This document shows positions 51,659 to 61,741 of a DNA stretch of 64,000 nt, piece after piece. The translations under genes and the position numbers were made by a program. The notes under the pieces are model-generated. The model was not told the origin of the DNA. It saw only the letters and a list, made by a program, of their open reading frames with translations, and did no database searches. The first letter of the stretch is position 1, and each line of letters starts with the position of its first letter. The DNA lies in the IMG/VR virus record IMGVR_UViG_3300044957_000763, positions 62,001 through 126,000 of that record. One strand, 5' to 3'.

Positions 51659-51934
51659 TTGGTCGATGACTTTATTGGCAATTCTGTCATTGCCCATTTC
51701 GTAAAGATTTTCAGCAGTTTGAAGCCTGTTGTCAATGGGATTGTTTTGTATCCATGCACTTTGTGCTTGTATTAGCGGACAATCATTTGAGTTATTCATA
51801 AAGCAACGCGAATTGGAAACCCATGCTACTTCTGACATATTGAACTGTTTATTACACCCTGGACAAGTCCTGGTAAGCGATAACTTTGAAGTTTTCGCTT
51901 GGTTTTGGGGCTTCATATATTGTTTGATGTCCAC
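51632..51934 (-). CDS. Small hypothetical protein
   Basis: CPGC motif, C-terminal amphipathic helix. Confidence 0.5.
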   Translation of the reverse strand: MDIKQYMKPQNQAKTSKLSLTRTCPGCNKQFNMSEVAWVSNSRCFMNNSNDCPLIQAQSAWIQNNPIDNRLQTAENLYEMGNDRIANKVIDQLLDDILGI

Positions 51935-51969
51935 AATAAGTCTTTATAAAGCTGCGCACATCGTACCTA

Positions 51970-52003
51970 CAAAAAACAAGGCACTGCATTGCAGTGCCTT
52001 GTT
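51970..52003 (-). terminator. Rho-independent terminator
   Basis: 13-bp perfect stem AACAAGGCACTGC-ATT-GCAGTGCCTTGTT followed by a U-tract on the minus strand, 41 nt after the stop at 52045. Confidence 0.8.
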
Positions 52004-52044
52004 GTAAGGACGAACCCGTTGTGCCTCGAACACAGATGGGATTG

Positions 52045-52491
52045 TTACCAGCCCCGGTTGAAGTCCGAAGGCATCTGAGGCGTAACACCAACAGGAGCCT
52101 GGGCACCACTGGCACCAACAGCAGTGTTAATGTCGGCCTGAATGTTCTGAATCTCTCGTGCCAATGACAAGGCTCGAGTTGTGAGATAGTGAAGTTTCAA
52201 TCCAAAATGTGCTGCGATGTAGGCTTGTTCAGTCGCTGTGATGTTAGCGTTGGTTGTAACACCAACACCAGTTGGGTCTGCGATGTTATACGTACCGATG
52301 AATTGATTCTTAACTTGAAAAAGTTCAACCAATAGCAGATTAAGTGCTGTAGCAACATCGTCGTATGTTTTGGTTGGGTCGGTAATGTCTGGCTCGCCGT
52401 TGGCACCTACTGGGTTTACCATTTCGCGCAAGTCAGTAAGGTTGTTGACCGTTGTTGAAGGGCCGTTCAAATTACTAGGATATGTTGGCAT
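52045..52491 (-). CDS. Hypothetical (possibly virion) protein
   Basis: 148 aa, GGAG SD, followed by its own terminator. Confidence 0.7.
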   Translation of the reverse strand: MPTYPSNLNGPSTTVNNLTDLREMVNPVGANGEPDITDPTKTYDDVATALNLLLVELFQVKNQFIGTYNIADPTGVGVTTNANITATEQAYIAAHFGLKLHYLTTRALSLAREIQNIQADINTAVGASGAQAPVGVTPQMPSDFNRGW

Positions 52492-52564
52492 TGTGTTCTC
52501 CGTGTTTTTGGGCCGTCGAGGCGTCCCTGCATTGTTTTTCTACACCAATATTCTCAACACCTAC

Positions 52565-52572
52565 TATTTATA
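52565..52572 (-). promoter_or_regulatory. TATAAATA (T4-late-like) element
   Basis: Intergenic, 73 nt upstream of the 52491 start on the minus strand; single intergenic instance. Confidence 0.3.
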
Positions 52573-52608
52573 AGACTTTTTTCCATATCGTATCAGTATA
52601 AGTTTCTC

Positions 52609-54468
52609 GTGGCTGATGAATTTCTTCAAATAAAAGCTGTAGGGCGCGGGTTGAGGCTTAATGAATCTGGTGTTTTGTTAGTAGATTTGTCTCGTGACCT
52701 GTCTTGGTCTGGTCAGCACGTGTTTACTGAACCCGTGCAGTTTTCCGGTTCACAGCGATATCAAATTGAACAAATTGTTGACAATAATGCCGCACTTGGC
52801 GCGGTATATTGGCACAACGGTCTTGCTATTCAAAAAGCTGTTCCAAGCGGTCCTTATAAGGTGTTGTTATTTGATGGTTCTAGGGTTTCTTGGAGCACAC
52901 CTGCAATTAGCCATGTGACCGGAGTGCTATCAGTAGATAACGGTGGCACCGGACTATCTAGGATTAATCGAGGGGCGATTCTCTTCGCGGCCGACAACAA
53001 TTACATCGCTGGATTACCAGCCGGTGCGCATGGCCAGGCACTGATAATACAAAATGGGTTACCTTCGTGGGGGTTTGTTGGCAATATTCGTGGAGATACG
53101 TCGACTGGATTTGTTCCAATGTCGGCGTCAGTTAATTATTTATCCGACAGTCCGATATTTGTGACCGGAGACACAGTTGAATTAACTGGCACTCTTAAAG
53201 TGGGTGCGAATTTAGTTTTTAACTCCAATACAAATCACACTTCTATTGGAACGAATGATGTCAGCATTATTCTCAAAAAGACAGGCGCATTTGAAATTGG
53301 TTCAACAAAGTTCAATACCCGAGGTGTGATGACAGCCGGCGGAATCCAGGCAGATTTGATTCAAGGGTTGATTCCTGTGTCTAAGGGCGGAACTGGTCTT
53401 AATGCGCTTGCTCCAGGAGACCTTTTGTATGCTAACGAATCAGGAAGTTTATCTCGACTAGCGGCCCCAAATGGAGCAGGATGGGTTATTGGCACCAATA
53501 CCAACGGTATGCCTGTATGGGTTGATATTGCATCTGTAAAGATAGAAGGTGGTTATCGACGTGTTAAGCTAGAAACTGATGGTACTACGTTGTTTTTTGT
53601 CAATGACAACAAGGAGCGTATAGCACTTATTGGAGCAGGCCGCCAATCAACACCATCCGTAACACCAGTCCATCTTGGTGGAACAGGTGATGATTTATCA
53701 GGCGTAACCAAACGCGGTGCAATTCTCACCGGCCGAAGCAGAGACGCCTGGACTGCGATTCAACCCGGCCCAGCAGGTCATATTTTGTCTTCTAGTGGCA
53801 CTAATGAGATACCACATTGGATAGAACCACCTCTGATAATCAGTGCAGGACTTGGCATCAAGATAATCAACAAAGAAGTTTCTATTGATACTAGTACTGA
53901 AATATCATGGATTGCCAATCATAGTTTTGAATCTTTGAGGTCTAAAGCGATTGAAGCTGATTCGATTTGCCTAAAGACATTGAACAATCTTGAATCACCA
54001 AAAGTGGGTGCGCTATGGACAGACGGTGACGATGTGTATTTGCAAACCCGCAGAGGTAAAAAGGCACTGATTAATTTTGGAGAAGAGCTAAACACAAAAC
54101 ATATTGTGGTGTTGTCAATAGCACAAGCATTGAATCTTTCAGACATCGCGCTTCAAGCAAGTAAATTAGCAGGTAGTGCCATTGTTGTGCCTTTTTCTGT
54201 AGTTAATCCCAGCAGCATAACCAGATGGAAACTTAAACGAATAGACGTTTTACCGTTCGGATTGTCTGAACCAATTAGATTGCAGGTAAACAGAAACGGA
54301 CAGGAAATTCTTGAAAATTACATTAATGTGCACAATACACAGGTTGGATGCATTAACTTTACTGAATCAATCTTGACATCTGGCGATGTGCTCTGCCTGA
54401 GCGCTGTTGTTGACGGAATAAACGGTTTGCTAAATGCAACAGCACTGTTGGAGGAATATCATGGCTGA
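52609..54468 (+). CDS. Tail fibre/collar-like protein
   Basis: Repeated V-x-x-GGTG motifs (VDNGGTG, VSKGGTG, VHLGGTG) with GDLLYA and G-x-VL...NG-x-P-x-W units typical of phage fibres; GTG start. Confidence 0.7.
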   Translation: MADEFLQIKAVGRGLRLNESGVLLVDLSRDLSWSGQHVFTEPVQFSGSQRYQIEQIVDNNAALGAVYWHNGLAIQKAVPSGPYKVLLFDGSRVSWSTPAISHVTGVLSVDNGGTGLSRINRGAILFAADNNYIAGLPAGAHGQALIIQNGLPSWGFVGNIRGDTSTGFVPMSASVNYLSDSPIFVTGDTVELTGTLKVGANLVFNSNTNHTSIGTNDVSIILKKTGAFEIGSTKFNTRGVMTAGGIQADLIQGLIPVSKGGTGLNALAPGDLLYANESGSLSRLAAPNGAGWVIGTNTNGMPVWVDIASVKIEGGYRRVKLETDGTTLFFVNDNKERIALIGAGRQSTPSVTPVHLGGTGDDLSGVTKRGAILTGRSRDAWTAIQPGPAGHILSSSGTNEIPHWIEPPLIISAGLGIKIINKEVSIDTSTEISWIANHSFESLRSKAIEADSICLKTLNNLESPKVGALWTDGDDVYLQTRRGKKALINFGEELNTKHIVVLSIAQALNLSDIALQASKLAGSAIVVPFSVVNPSSITRWKLKRIDVLPFGLSEPIRLQVNRNGQEILENYINVHNTQVGCINFTESILTSGDVLCLSAVVDGINGLLNATALLEEYHG

Positions 54469-56941
54469 TGGATTTTATATCGTACCGCCAAGAAAGGTTC
54501 CGGGTCTTGAGGTCGGTGCCAATTATGTTCGCTCTCTTAATAGCTTGTCTGGCGATTTGCTACTGGCAGTAGAATCACCATTAGACCTGAGTGTAGTTGA
54601 CAATACGCTTACACTGTCTGTTACTCCAAATTATTATGTTAGGCGCTCTGGAGACACGATTACAGGTAACCTTGAGTTTCTTCCGTCTTCTCCTGGCCCA
54701 TATGGACTCAGGCTTCTTGCTACAAGTTTACAACCAACAGATAACGCAATTGGTGCGTTGTATTATGATACAGGACTTGGTGTTCTTCGTATTTACACCG
54801 CGATTGGATGGCAAGACGTTGCTCAAATTGGCGCATTAACTTTAGCCCAAGCCAATACGCTGTTTCTTAAACTGGATGCAAGTAACGACCCAATGTCTGG
54901 CGACCTTGACATGGGCACGGGTATTTTTCGGTTGGCTAATCGCGCCAGTAATCCAGTTACTGGTCATCTTGGAGACCTTTATTACAATACAGTTTCTGGC
55001 ACGACTAAGCTATATAATGGCTCATGGGTGGATATTGGTTCTGGCGGAGTATCTATTTCAGCCGGAACTGGAATCACATTGACCCCAGACCCAATTATTA
55101 GCACTGGTTCAGTGGCTTTGAATTTGGCCGCAAATCTGACATGGACTGGCAATCACACATTCAATAATGCGATTGTGTTCGCACCAGCTCAAACGTTTTT
55201 GATTTCCGGCTTGACCACACCATCTGAGGCGAACGGTGATATTATTCGCAGAGCATCCGGTTCGTGGCAAAGATATGGTATTGGTTCTGCTGGTCAGGTT
55301 TTGACTGTGTCGTCTGGCTTGCCAGTATGGGCAGACCCTGCCTCGGGCACTACGCTGGATATTGGTACTCCAGACGACAGCACATACACAGATGGATTTT
55401 TTGAAGACTGGACTCCAACAACTGACATTAGCGACGCTTTTGATGATGTAAACGAATTGCTTATTGATATTGTTCCAGCACAAGGGAGCGACCTTGGCGG
55501 TACAACTTTAACCCAGACCATTATACCATCAATGTATAGTGCGGTTTTGTCGAGTGGTTTAACTTCTTCAGACTGGTATCAGGGTGGAAAGGTCGCCGGT
55601 GATACTATTTCCACATATTGTGTTGGTAGTGCGTTTACTTTAGATTCTGCAAGTCCTGCAGACACATATCATCTTGGGTGGAAAGGCAAGCCTTCTTCGT
55701 TTGGAACAATACATCATGTTTTGTATTCCGCAGGTTCGTCTTCGAACAATGCTTCGTATAATTTGACAACAAATATCAACGGAAGTTCTGGAACGATTAA
55801 CATTGTAATCACCACCTACAACAGCATTTGGAGAATAGCGAGTACAACTATTACCTATACCCATTCTGCTGATGGATATAAAGGACACACACTTAATCAT
55901 ACTGTTGGTGGTGAAACGCTTAAACGAGAGTATTGGCGCGATACTTATAGTTCTTCTAATCCAAATCCATCTTTCTCAACTGGAGCAGGGGTTGCAGATG
56001 TTACCCCGGTAGATAAGTGGGTATCTGGAATTATTTACTATGACCTGAATAGCACACTGAATGCCAGTTTTGTCGCGGCGTCTGGTATTTTCAATCGTTG
56101 TTATCATCCATCACAGGTTGCCAGAGTGGCATGTACTGGTTCTAACAATATCAATTTGTTGCCGTCACCAACGCCTACATACACTGATACTTATGACAGA
56201 GTTAGTACTCCAGTATTGGTTACGCTGAATGTATCGAATCAGGCGACACCACCGCCCATTACTACGAGAAATCTAACTGTGACCTTGTATAAACCAACAG
56301 GCAACACGGCAAGCAGCAGTGTCACTTTGGCAAGACCGGTGAATACATATCCATCTAACTACAGCACAACCACGATTGAGTATTTTTATGATGAAGGTTA
56401 CAGATTACGAGCACACCCATCTACAAGCGCTTTTGGTTCGTATTCGTCATCATTGGCGTTCGATACTGTTGGTAACTATGCACAAGTGAGAAATGGTCAA
56501 TTAAGCTATCCGGTTGTGGCTGATTATCAGAACAATCCATCTCCATACAACTATACGCCATCATTTACTGGAAACAGAGAATATGAAAGATATTTCTACA
56601 AAACTTCTGCGTCAACAGGCACATTAACGTTTACCGGATTTACTGTAACAAATATTGCATCTTGGAATACTGGCAATCTCAATATGCTCATTTATCTCGA
56701 GAATGATGCTAAGTGGTTTGACCTTGGTGTGGATGTCGGGGCAGACCCTGGTACCAGAGATGGCAGTACGCGAGCATTGGCGTATGGCGCAAAAAATACA
56801 GGTAGTTCTGGTAGCACTCTAAACTGGTCGATTGGCACTTTTACTACAGGACCCTCTGGTTCTGGAAATGATGCCAAGTTTAGACTTGTAATTACATTCA
56901 GAAACTCCACATACACTATAAATAGCATTACGAGTACATAA
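54461..56941 (+). CDS. Tail fibre-like virion protein
   Basis: ATG 54461 with GGAGG SD; GALYYDT...IYTAIGW, GTGITLTP and GSAGQVLTVSSGLPVW motifs; Ser/Thr-rich. Confidence 0.7.
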   Translation: MADGFYIVPPRKVPGLEVGANYVRSLNSLSGDLLLAVESPLDLSVVDNTLTLSVTPNYYVRRSGDTITGNLEFLPSSPGPYGLRLLATSLQPTDNAIGALYYDTGLGVLRIYTAIGWQDVAQIGALTLAQANTLFLKLDASNDPMSGDLDMGTGIFRLANRASNPVTGHLGDLYYNTVSGTTKLYNGSWVDIGSGGVSISAGTGITLTPDPIISTGSVALNLAANLTWTGNHTFNNAIVFAPAQTFLISGLTTPSEANGDIIRRASGSWQRYGIGSAGQVLTVSSGLPVWADPASGTTLDIGTPDDSTYTDGFFEDWTPTTDISDAFDDVNELLIDIVPAQGSDLGGTTLTQTIIPSMYSAVLSSGLTSSDWYQGGKVAGDTISTYCVGSAFTLDSASPADTYHLGWKGKPSSFGTIHHVLYSAGSSSNNASYNLTTNINGSSGTINIVITTYNSIWRIASTTITYTHSADGYKGHTLNHTVGGETLKREYWRDTYSSSNPNPSFSTGAGVADVTPVDKWVSGIIYYDLNSTLNASFVAASGIFNRCYHPSQVARVACTGSNNINLLPSPTPTYTDTYDRVSTPVLVTLNVSNQATPPPITTRNLTVTLYKPTGNTASSSVTLARPVNTYPSNYSTTTIEYFYDEGYRLRAHPSTSAFGSYSSSLAFDTVGNYAQVRNGQLSYPVVADYQNNPSPYNYTPSFTGNREYERYFYKTSASTGTLTFTGFTVTNIASWNTGNLNMLIYLENDAKWFDLGVDVGADPGTRDGSTRALAYGAKNTGSSGSTLNWSIGTFTTGPSGSGNDAKFRLVITFRNSTYTINSITST

Positions 56942-56943
56942 CA

Positions 56944-59900
56944 ATGCCCTGGAACAAGACAGACCGTTCATTTAAGACGCTTATCAACAAACGAGTCACA
57001 GACTCGGATGCTAAGTTTTACTTCAATGAAAAAGGTGATTTCACAATCAACACTCACCAGCTTGAGTTGTGGGTTGATGCTATCCCAGGCACTGCCCCAG
57101 GAGCAACAACAGACATTGTTGAGTACTACAACACACTCACTCTTGTAGAGGACACAAGCGTACCGACGAAACAAACATGGTTCGCCACTTCTAATTCCAG
57201 CACCGTGCCGGCGCAAACAGATGAAACATCCAGGCTGAAAAACTGGGTTTCTGACAAGTATGGTTCAACGTATGAAATCGTTCTATATGACACTTCTAAT
57301 GTGCAGATTCCTCCATCTGATGGTTGTGGCTGGTTCTTTGATTATCAGACTGGTATTCTGACATTTACTTCAACTACAACCACTACGGGTGGTGGTGGTT
57401 CTCTTTCGTCTCGAGCCCCATTCAAAATCAAAGGTTACCGATATGTCGGTCGCACAGGTGTTGATGGCAATATTATCAAGAATGAAGTTCGGGTTGCCAC
57501 AACTCCAGCGACTTCTTTTGCTGGATGGTCATATGCATCAGAACTCATTGACACTGGTATTACAAGTGCATCATTGTCAATTGATGGCATATCACTCAAC
57601 ACAACCGAAGGACTAACCGGTGATAGAATTCTCATTAAGAACTGGAGCACGTTGTCCAACAATGGCATATACTATGTTGAACGCGCCGGCGATGGTGCGT
57701 CTGATACGTGGCGATTTAGGCGAGCACCAGATTTCAATGACACGCAGGATGTGTTCCCAGGCACGATGGTGTTTGTGCGTAGTGGAACTGTTAATGCGCG
57801 CACTGTATGGTCGATGTCTAATGCATCATTCACCACACTCGACGCCGTTGGTGTAACTGGTGAAATCACTTTTGCGCAGTTTATTACCGCCACTACCAGA
57901 TGGAGCGCACTAACTGCGCCAGATGCCAATTTGTCATTGGCTATGTCTACGTATACAACTACGTTCAACTGGCCAACCGGTACTGGTTCTAACAATTTAC
58001 TTTCTTTGACCACAGATGCTTCTGCAAACGGCACTGGTGTATTGTTGAATATTGCTACTGGTGCATCATCAACTGTTGTGCCATTCCGAGTGCGTAGAGA
58101 CACTACAGATTATCTGACAGTTAACGCCACTGGTGGCGTTTTGATTGGTAACTTGACTTCTGGTCGGGTAACCTATGCTGGTACATCTGGATTGCTGCAA
58201 GACTCAGCAAATCTGACGTTTAATGGAAATAGGCTGTCACTTCCGACAACTGGCAGTTCTGGTGGACTCCTTATTGGTGGTGACGCTAATCTTTATCGAA
58301 GTGCATCTGATGTACTTGCTACAGATGACCATTTTAATTTAGCTGCCTTAAATAGCGAAATCAGGCTAACAAACAATTCTGCTGGTTCTGGTGGATTGTT
58401 ATTCAACAGTAATATGCGCATGAGTGCTCATATTAATGAGGGGTTTTTGTTTTCGCCAGATACTTATGCACAAACGTCTGGTGAAAGACCAGGACTGTTC
58501 ATTTCTGTAAATTGCGCCCCGGCATCGACGTCTTCGGCTTTATATTATGGAATTAAAAATGATACTTATTTCAATGATGATTCAGGCACCAATTTCACTG
58601 GTGAAATTGCTGGGTCATTTAACTACACAAGTATTTTGTCCAATAATATCGGCAGCCACACATTGAATCGCGCTATATCTGTTTATGGGCAGGTGTCTTA
58701 TTTTGACCTTAATGGCGGTAGCGGCGCCATTTTATCCAATGCTATTGCTGGTTATTTTTTGGTTAATGATTCATTTTCAGGTGCACGAATTACGAATGCT
58801 ACTGGTGTGTATATAGCATTAGGTGACACTTCGTATAGTGCCAATGGTCAGTCTCGTTATGGACTATATATTTCCGGGATGCCAGACCCGGGTTCATATA
58901 CAGGAACCACTACTGCTGCAATTTATCTAGCTGGAGGAATTGGTTCACGCAATGGAATATGGTTTGGGTCAGATACAAACCTTTATCTAAGCGCCTCTAA
59001 TACCCTGAAAACAGATGACTCCTTCGTGGTTGGAGCAAATCTTAGTGTTTTGAATGCCGGAACTTTTTCACTTTATGAAAGTGGAAGTGTTAACTTCTCT
59101 AGTTTTGCGGCCGGAACACAAGCGAACGACCTTAGATACACTCTTCCAACATCTCAGCCAATAGCCAACCAGATACTATCTGCCACTTCGGTTTCTGGTA
59201 CCGGACCATATGATATAACTCTTGGCTGGACGACACCAGCAACCTCTGGTCTTACCATTGGCGACGGAATTACTGGTTCTACTGTTGGTAGCGTATTATT
59301 TGTTGGTGCCGGTTCAACACTTGCTCAAGATAATGCAAATCTGTTCTGGGATGACACTAATAACACCCTTGGCATCGGCACTACAAGAACTGGCGCAATT
59401 TCAGGGACTAATCCAAGTGTCAGGATTAAAGGAACGGGAACCACCTCTGGAACCTCTTCGTTTGAAGTTCAAGATTCTACTGGAAATACGATTGTATTTG
59501 CACGAAATGACCGCCGAGTTGGTGTTGGGACAAACGCACCAGCCGCAGCGCTTCAAGTTAATTCAGCCGATAACCCAGTTGGGATTTTCTCATTCAATGA
59601 TTTCACAGTTGTAGCAATTGATAATATCTCGCCAGTACATTCTGCAGGAGGTAATGTTGGAGCGAAAATCACTGGCATTGGTGATGAAAATGGCGGATTA
59701 GAACTTTATGGAGATATTGGACTATCGCTAAACACAGCCGATAGTGGTACTGTTTCAATATGGAACGACAGCGCCCTTAGAGCAGAATTTACAAATTCTT
59801 CTCTGCTATTGTATCCTTATGGAACGTCTGCTGGAAATACATACGAAATAATCTTTTATGAGTTGAGCACCAACGGAAGCAACACTTTATCATTTAAGGC

Positions 59901-61407
59901 ACCAGACTCAATAGGCACTACAATCACCCATGTTCTACCTAGTGATGTGCCAGCAACTGGAGAGGTACTTAAGGTTGCAAACTATTCTGCTGGTGTTGCA
60001 ACTCTTGAATGGGCTGCCGATGCTACCGCAAGCGGAATGACGGTTGGCGGTACAGTTTCTGGCGGCACAACAGGAAGTGTTTTGTTTGTTGGCACCGGGC
60101 CTGTGTTGGCGCAAGACAATGCTAACTTTTTCTGGGATGACGCCAATAATTATATGGGTGTTGGAACCTCAACACCTGCGGCAAGGCTGAATGTTTCTGG
60201 TGCCCAGTCTTCTGCCGCATGGGGAGCGTCTGGAATTCTGTTTAGGGTAAATGGTGTCACTCTTACCGACACCACCTCTAGTGGAACAATAACTAACGTT
60301 GTTGGGTCGAGCATCGCCGCCACCACGTTTGCTGCATCTAACTCTACAACATATACACATGCGGCAACTCTGTATATGACCGGATTGCCAGCGGCTGGAA
60401 CAAACGTAGCAATCACGAATGCATATACGTTATGGGTGAACAATGGTGCTGTAAGATTTGATGATTATGTTGGCATTGGCACAGCACCAACATCTTCTAG
60501 ACTTACCATTGGTGGTGGATTATCGGCATCGGCATGGGGAACCACTGGTTTAGGACTCCGGGTCGTTGGAGGAACCTTTACAGATACTTCGTCTTCCGGG
60601 ACTGTTGCTAGTGTTGTTTCTAACAGTTTTGGTCAACCAACATTTGCTGCATCTAACTCTACAACATTTACTAATGCGGCAACTCTGTATATTGGGAACG
60701 CTCCAACAGCGGGAACAAATGTTACTATTACAAACACATTTTCGATGTGGGTCAATTCAGGCATATCAAGATTTGATGATGGTATTCAAGCCAGAAACCT
60801 TACATCTGGACGGGTTACTTACGCTGGTACCAGTGGCTTACTTCAAGACTCCGCAAACATGACATTTGATGGCAATAGGTTGTCATTAGCCACAACGGGT
60901 GTTTCTGGTGGATTACTTATTGGTGGTGACGCTAACCTTTATCGAAGTGCCGCTGATACACTAAGAACAGATGATTCATTAGTTGTGGGTGTCAACCTAA
61001 CAGTTAGTTCTTTAACATCAACTAGGGTTACATTTGCCAGCACAGGTGGATTACTTGCAGATTCTTCTGCATTTACATTCAATAGTGGTACTGGTCAACT
61101 TGCTTTATCTACCACGGGTTCCTCCGCCGGCATCTTGATTGGTGGAGACGCTAATCTTTATCGTTCCGCGTCTAACATACTCAAAACAGATGATGCTTTT
61201 GAAGCAGTATCATTCAATAAGCTCGCGATTACTGCGCCGGCAACATCAGCAACACTTACAATTGCCGATGGAGCAACATTGACTGTCAGTGCTTCTGCAA
61301 CGATTCAAAACGGCAATCATTCCAACACAAACACTGGAGACGAAACTGTCACAACAATTCATAATAAAGTAGGATATACAAATTCATTCCTACTAATGGG
61401 AGCATAA
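56944..61407 (+). CDS. 1487-aa modular tail fibre protein
   Basis: IDGISL...GDRILIKN...NGIY motif, GIGT/GVGT fibre repeats, repeated GRVTYAGTSGLLQDSAN and GGDANLYRSA modules. Confidence 0.8.
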   Translation: MPWNKTDRSFKTLINKRVTDSDAKFYFNEKGDFTINTHQLELWVDAIPGTAPGATTDIVEYYNTLTLVEDTSVPTKQTWFATSNSSTVPAQTDETSRLKNWVSDKYGSTYEIVLYDTSNVQIPPSDGCGWFFDYQTGILTFTSTTTTTGGGGSLSSRAPFKIKGYRYVGRTGVDGNIIKNEVRVATTPATSFAGWSYASELIDTGITSASLSIDGISLNTTEGLTGDRILIKNWSTLSNNGIYYVERAGDGASDTWRFRRAPDFNDTQDVFPGTMVFVRSGTVNARTVWSMSNASFTTLDAVGVTGEITFAQFITATTRWSALTAPDANLSLAMSTYTTTFNWPTGTGSNNLLSLTTDASANGTGVLLNIATGASSTVVPFRVRRDTTDYLTVNATGGVLIGNLTSGRVTYAGTSGLLQDSANLTFNGNRLSLPTTGSSGGLLIGGDANLYRSASDVLATDDHFNLAALNSEIRLTNNSAGSGGLLFNSNMRMSAHINEGFLFSPDTYAQTSGERPGLFISVNCAPASTSSALYYGIKNDTYFNDDSGTNFTGEIAGSFNYTSILSNNIGSHTLNRAISVYGQVSYFDLNGGSGAILSNAIAGYFLVNDSFSGARITNATGVYIALGDTSYSANGQSRYGLYISGMPDPGSYTGTTTAAIYLAGGIGSRNGIWFGSDTNLYLSASNTLKTDDSFVVGANLSVLNAGTFSLYESGSVNFSSFAAGTQANDLRYTLPTSQPIANQILSATSVSGTGPYDITLGWTTPATSGLTIGDGITGSTVGSVLFVGAGSTLAQDNANLFWDDTNNTLGIGTTRTGAISGTNPSVRIKGTGTTSGTSSFEVQDSTGNTIVFARNDRRVGVGTNAPAAALQVNSADNPVGIFSFNDFTVVAIDNISPVHSAGGNVGAKITGIGDENGGLELYGDIGLSLNTADSGTVSIWNDSALRAEFTNSSLLLYPYGTSAGNTYEIIFYELSTNGSNTLSFKAPDSIGTTITHVLPSDVPATGEVLKVANYSAGVATLEWAADATASGMTVGGTVSGGTTGSVLFVGTGPVLAQDNANFFWDDANNYMGVGTSTPAARLNVSGAQSSAAWGASGILFRVNGVTLTDTTSSGTITNVVGSSIAATTFAASNSTTYTHAATLYMTGLPAAGTNVAITNAYTLWVNNGAVRFDDYVGIGTAPTSSRLTIGGGLSASAWGTTGLGLRVVGGTFTDTSSSGTVASVVSNSFGQPTFAASNSTTFTNAATLYIGNAPTAGTNVTITNTFSMWVNSGISRFDDGIQARNLTSGRVTYAGTSGLLQDSANMTFDGNRLSLATTGVSGGLLIGGDANLYRSAADTLRTDDSLVVGVNLTVSSLTSTRVTFASTGGLLADSSAFTFNSGTGQLALSTTGSSAGILIGGDANLYRSASNILKTDDAFEAVSFNKLAITAPATSATLTIADGATLTVSASATIQNGNHSNTNTGDETVTTIHNKVGYTNSFLLMGA
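58105..58163 (+). repeat. 59-nt perfect direct repeat, copy 1 (copy 2 at 62690-62748)
   Basis: ACAGATTATCTGACAGTTAACGCCACTGGTGGCGTTTTGATTGGTAACTTGACTTCTGG is identical in both fibre genes. Confidence 0.9.
60841..60885 (+). repeat. 45-nt perfect direct repeat, copy 1 (copy 2 at 62780-62824)
   Basis: CTTCAAGACTCCGCAAACATGACATTTGATGGCAATAGGTTGTCA is identical; near-identity continues to about 60985/62925. Confidence 0.9.
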
Positions 61408-61408
61408 T

Positions 61409-61738
61409 ATGCCAAACGTAATCAAGGTTCTAGGTCAACAAAACCCATTAGCTGCAACGCTAACAACACTGTATACAGTTCCTGGCTCAACATCTACAGT
61501 TACATCTACGATTGTAGTGTGTAATCGTAGCGCCACTGCAACCAGTTTCAGAATTGCTATTAGACCAGGTGGTGCAACTATCAGCAATGAGCATTACATA
61601 TATTACGATGTCCCAATCGCCGGCAATGACACATTTACTGCAACAATTGGTATGACACTTGCCACAACCGATGTTGTTTCTGTATATGCTACATTGGCAA
61701 CTCTTAGTTTTAATCTTTTTGGTCAGGAGAGCAGTTAA
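61409..61738 (+). CDS. Small virion/tail-fibre-associated protein
   Basis: TTLYTVPGSTSTVTSTIVVCN...FRIAIRP...NLFGQE, a common phage small beta-sandwich. Confidence 0.7.
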   Translation: MPNVIKVLGQQNPLAATLTTLYTVPGSTSTVTSTIVVCNRSATATSFRIAIRPGGATISNEHYIYYDVPIAGNDTFTATIGMTLATTDVVSVYATLATLSFNLFGQESS

Positions 61739-61741
61739 TAC

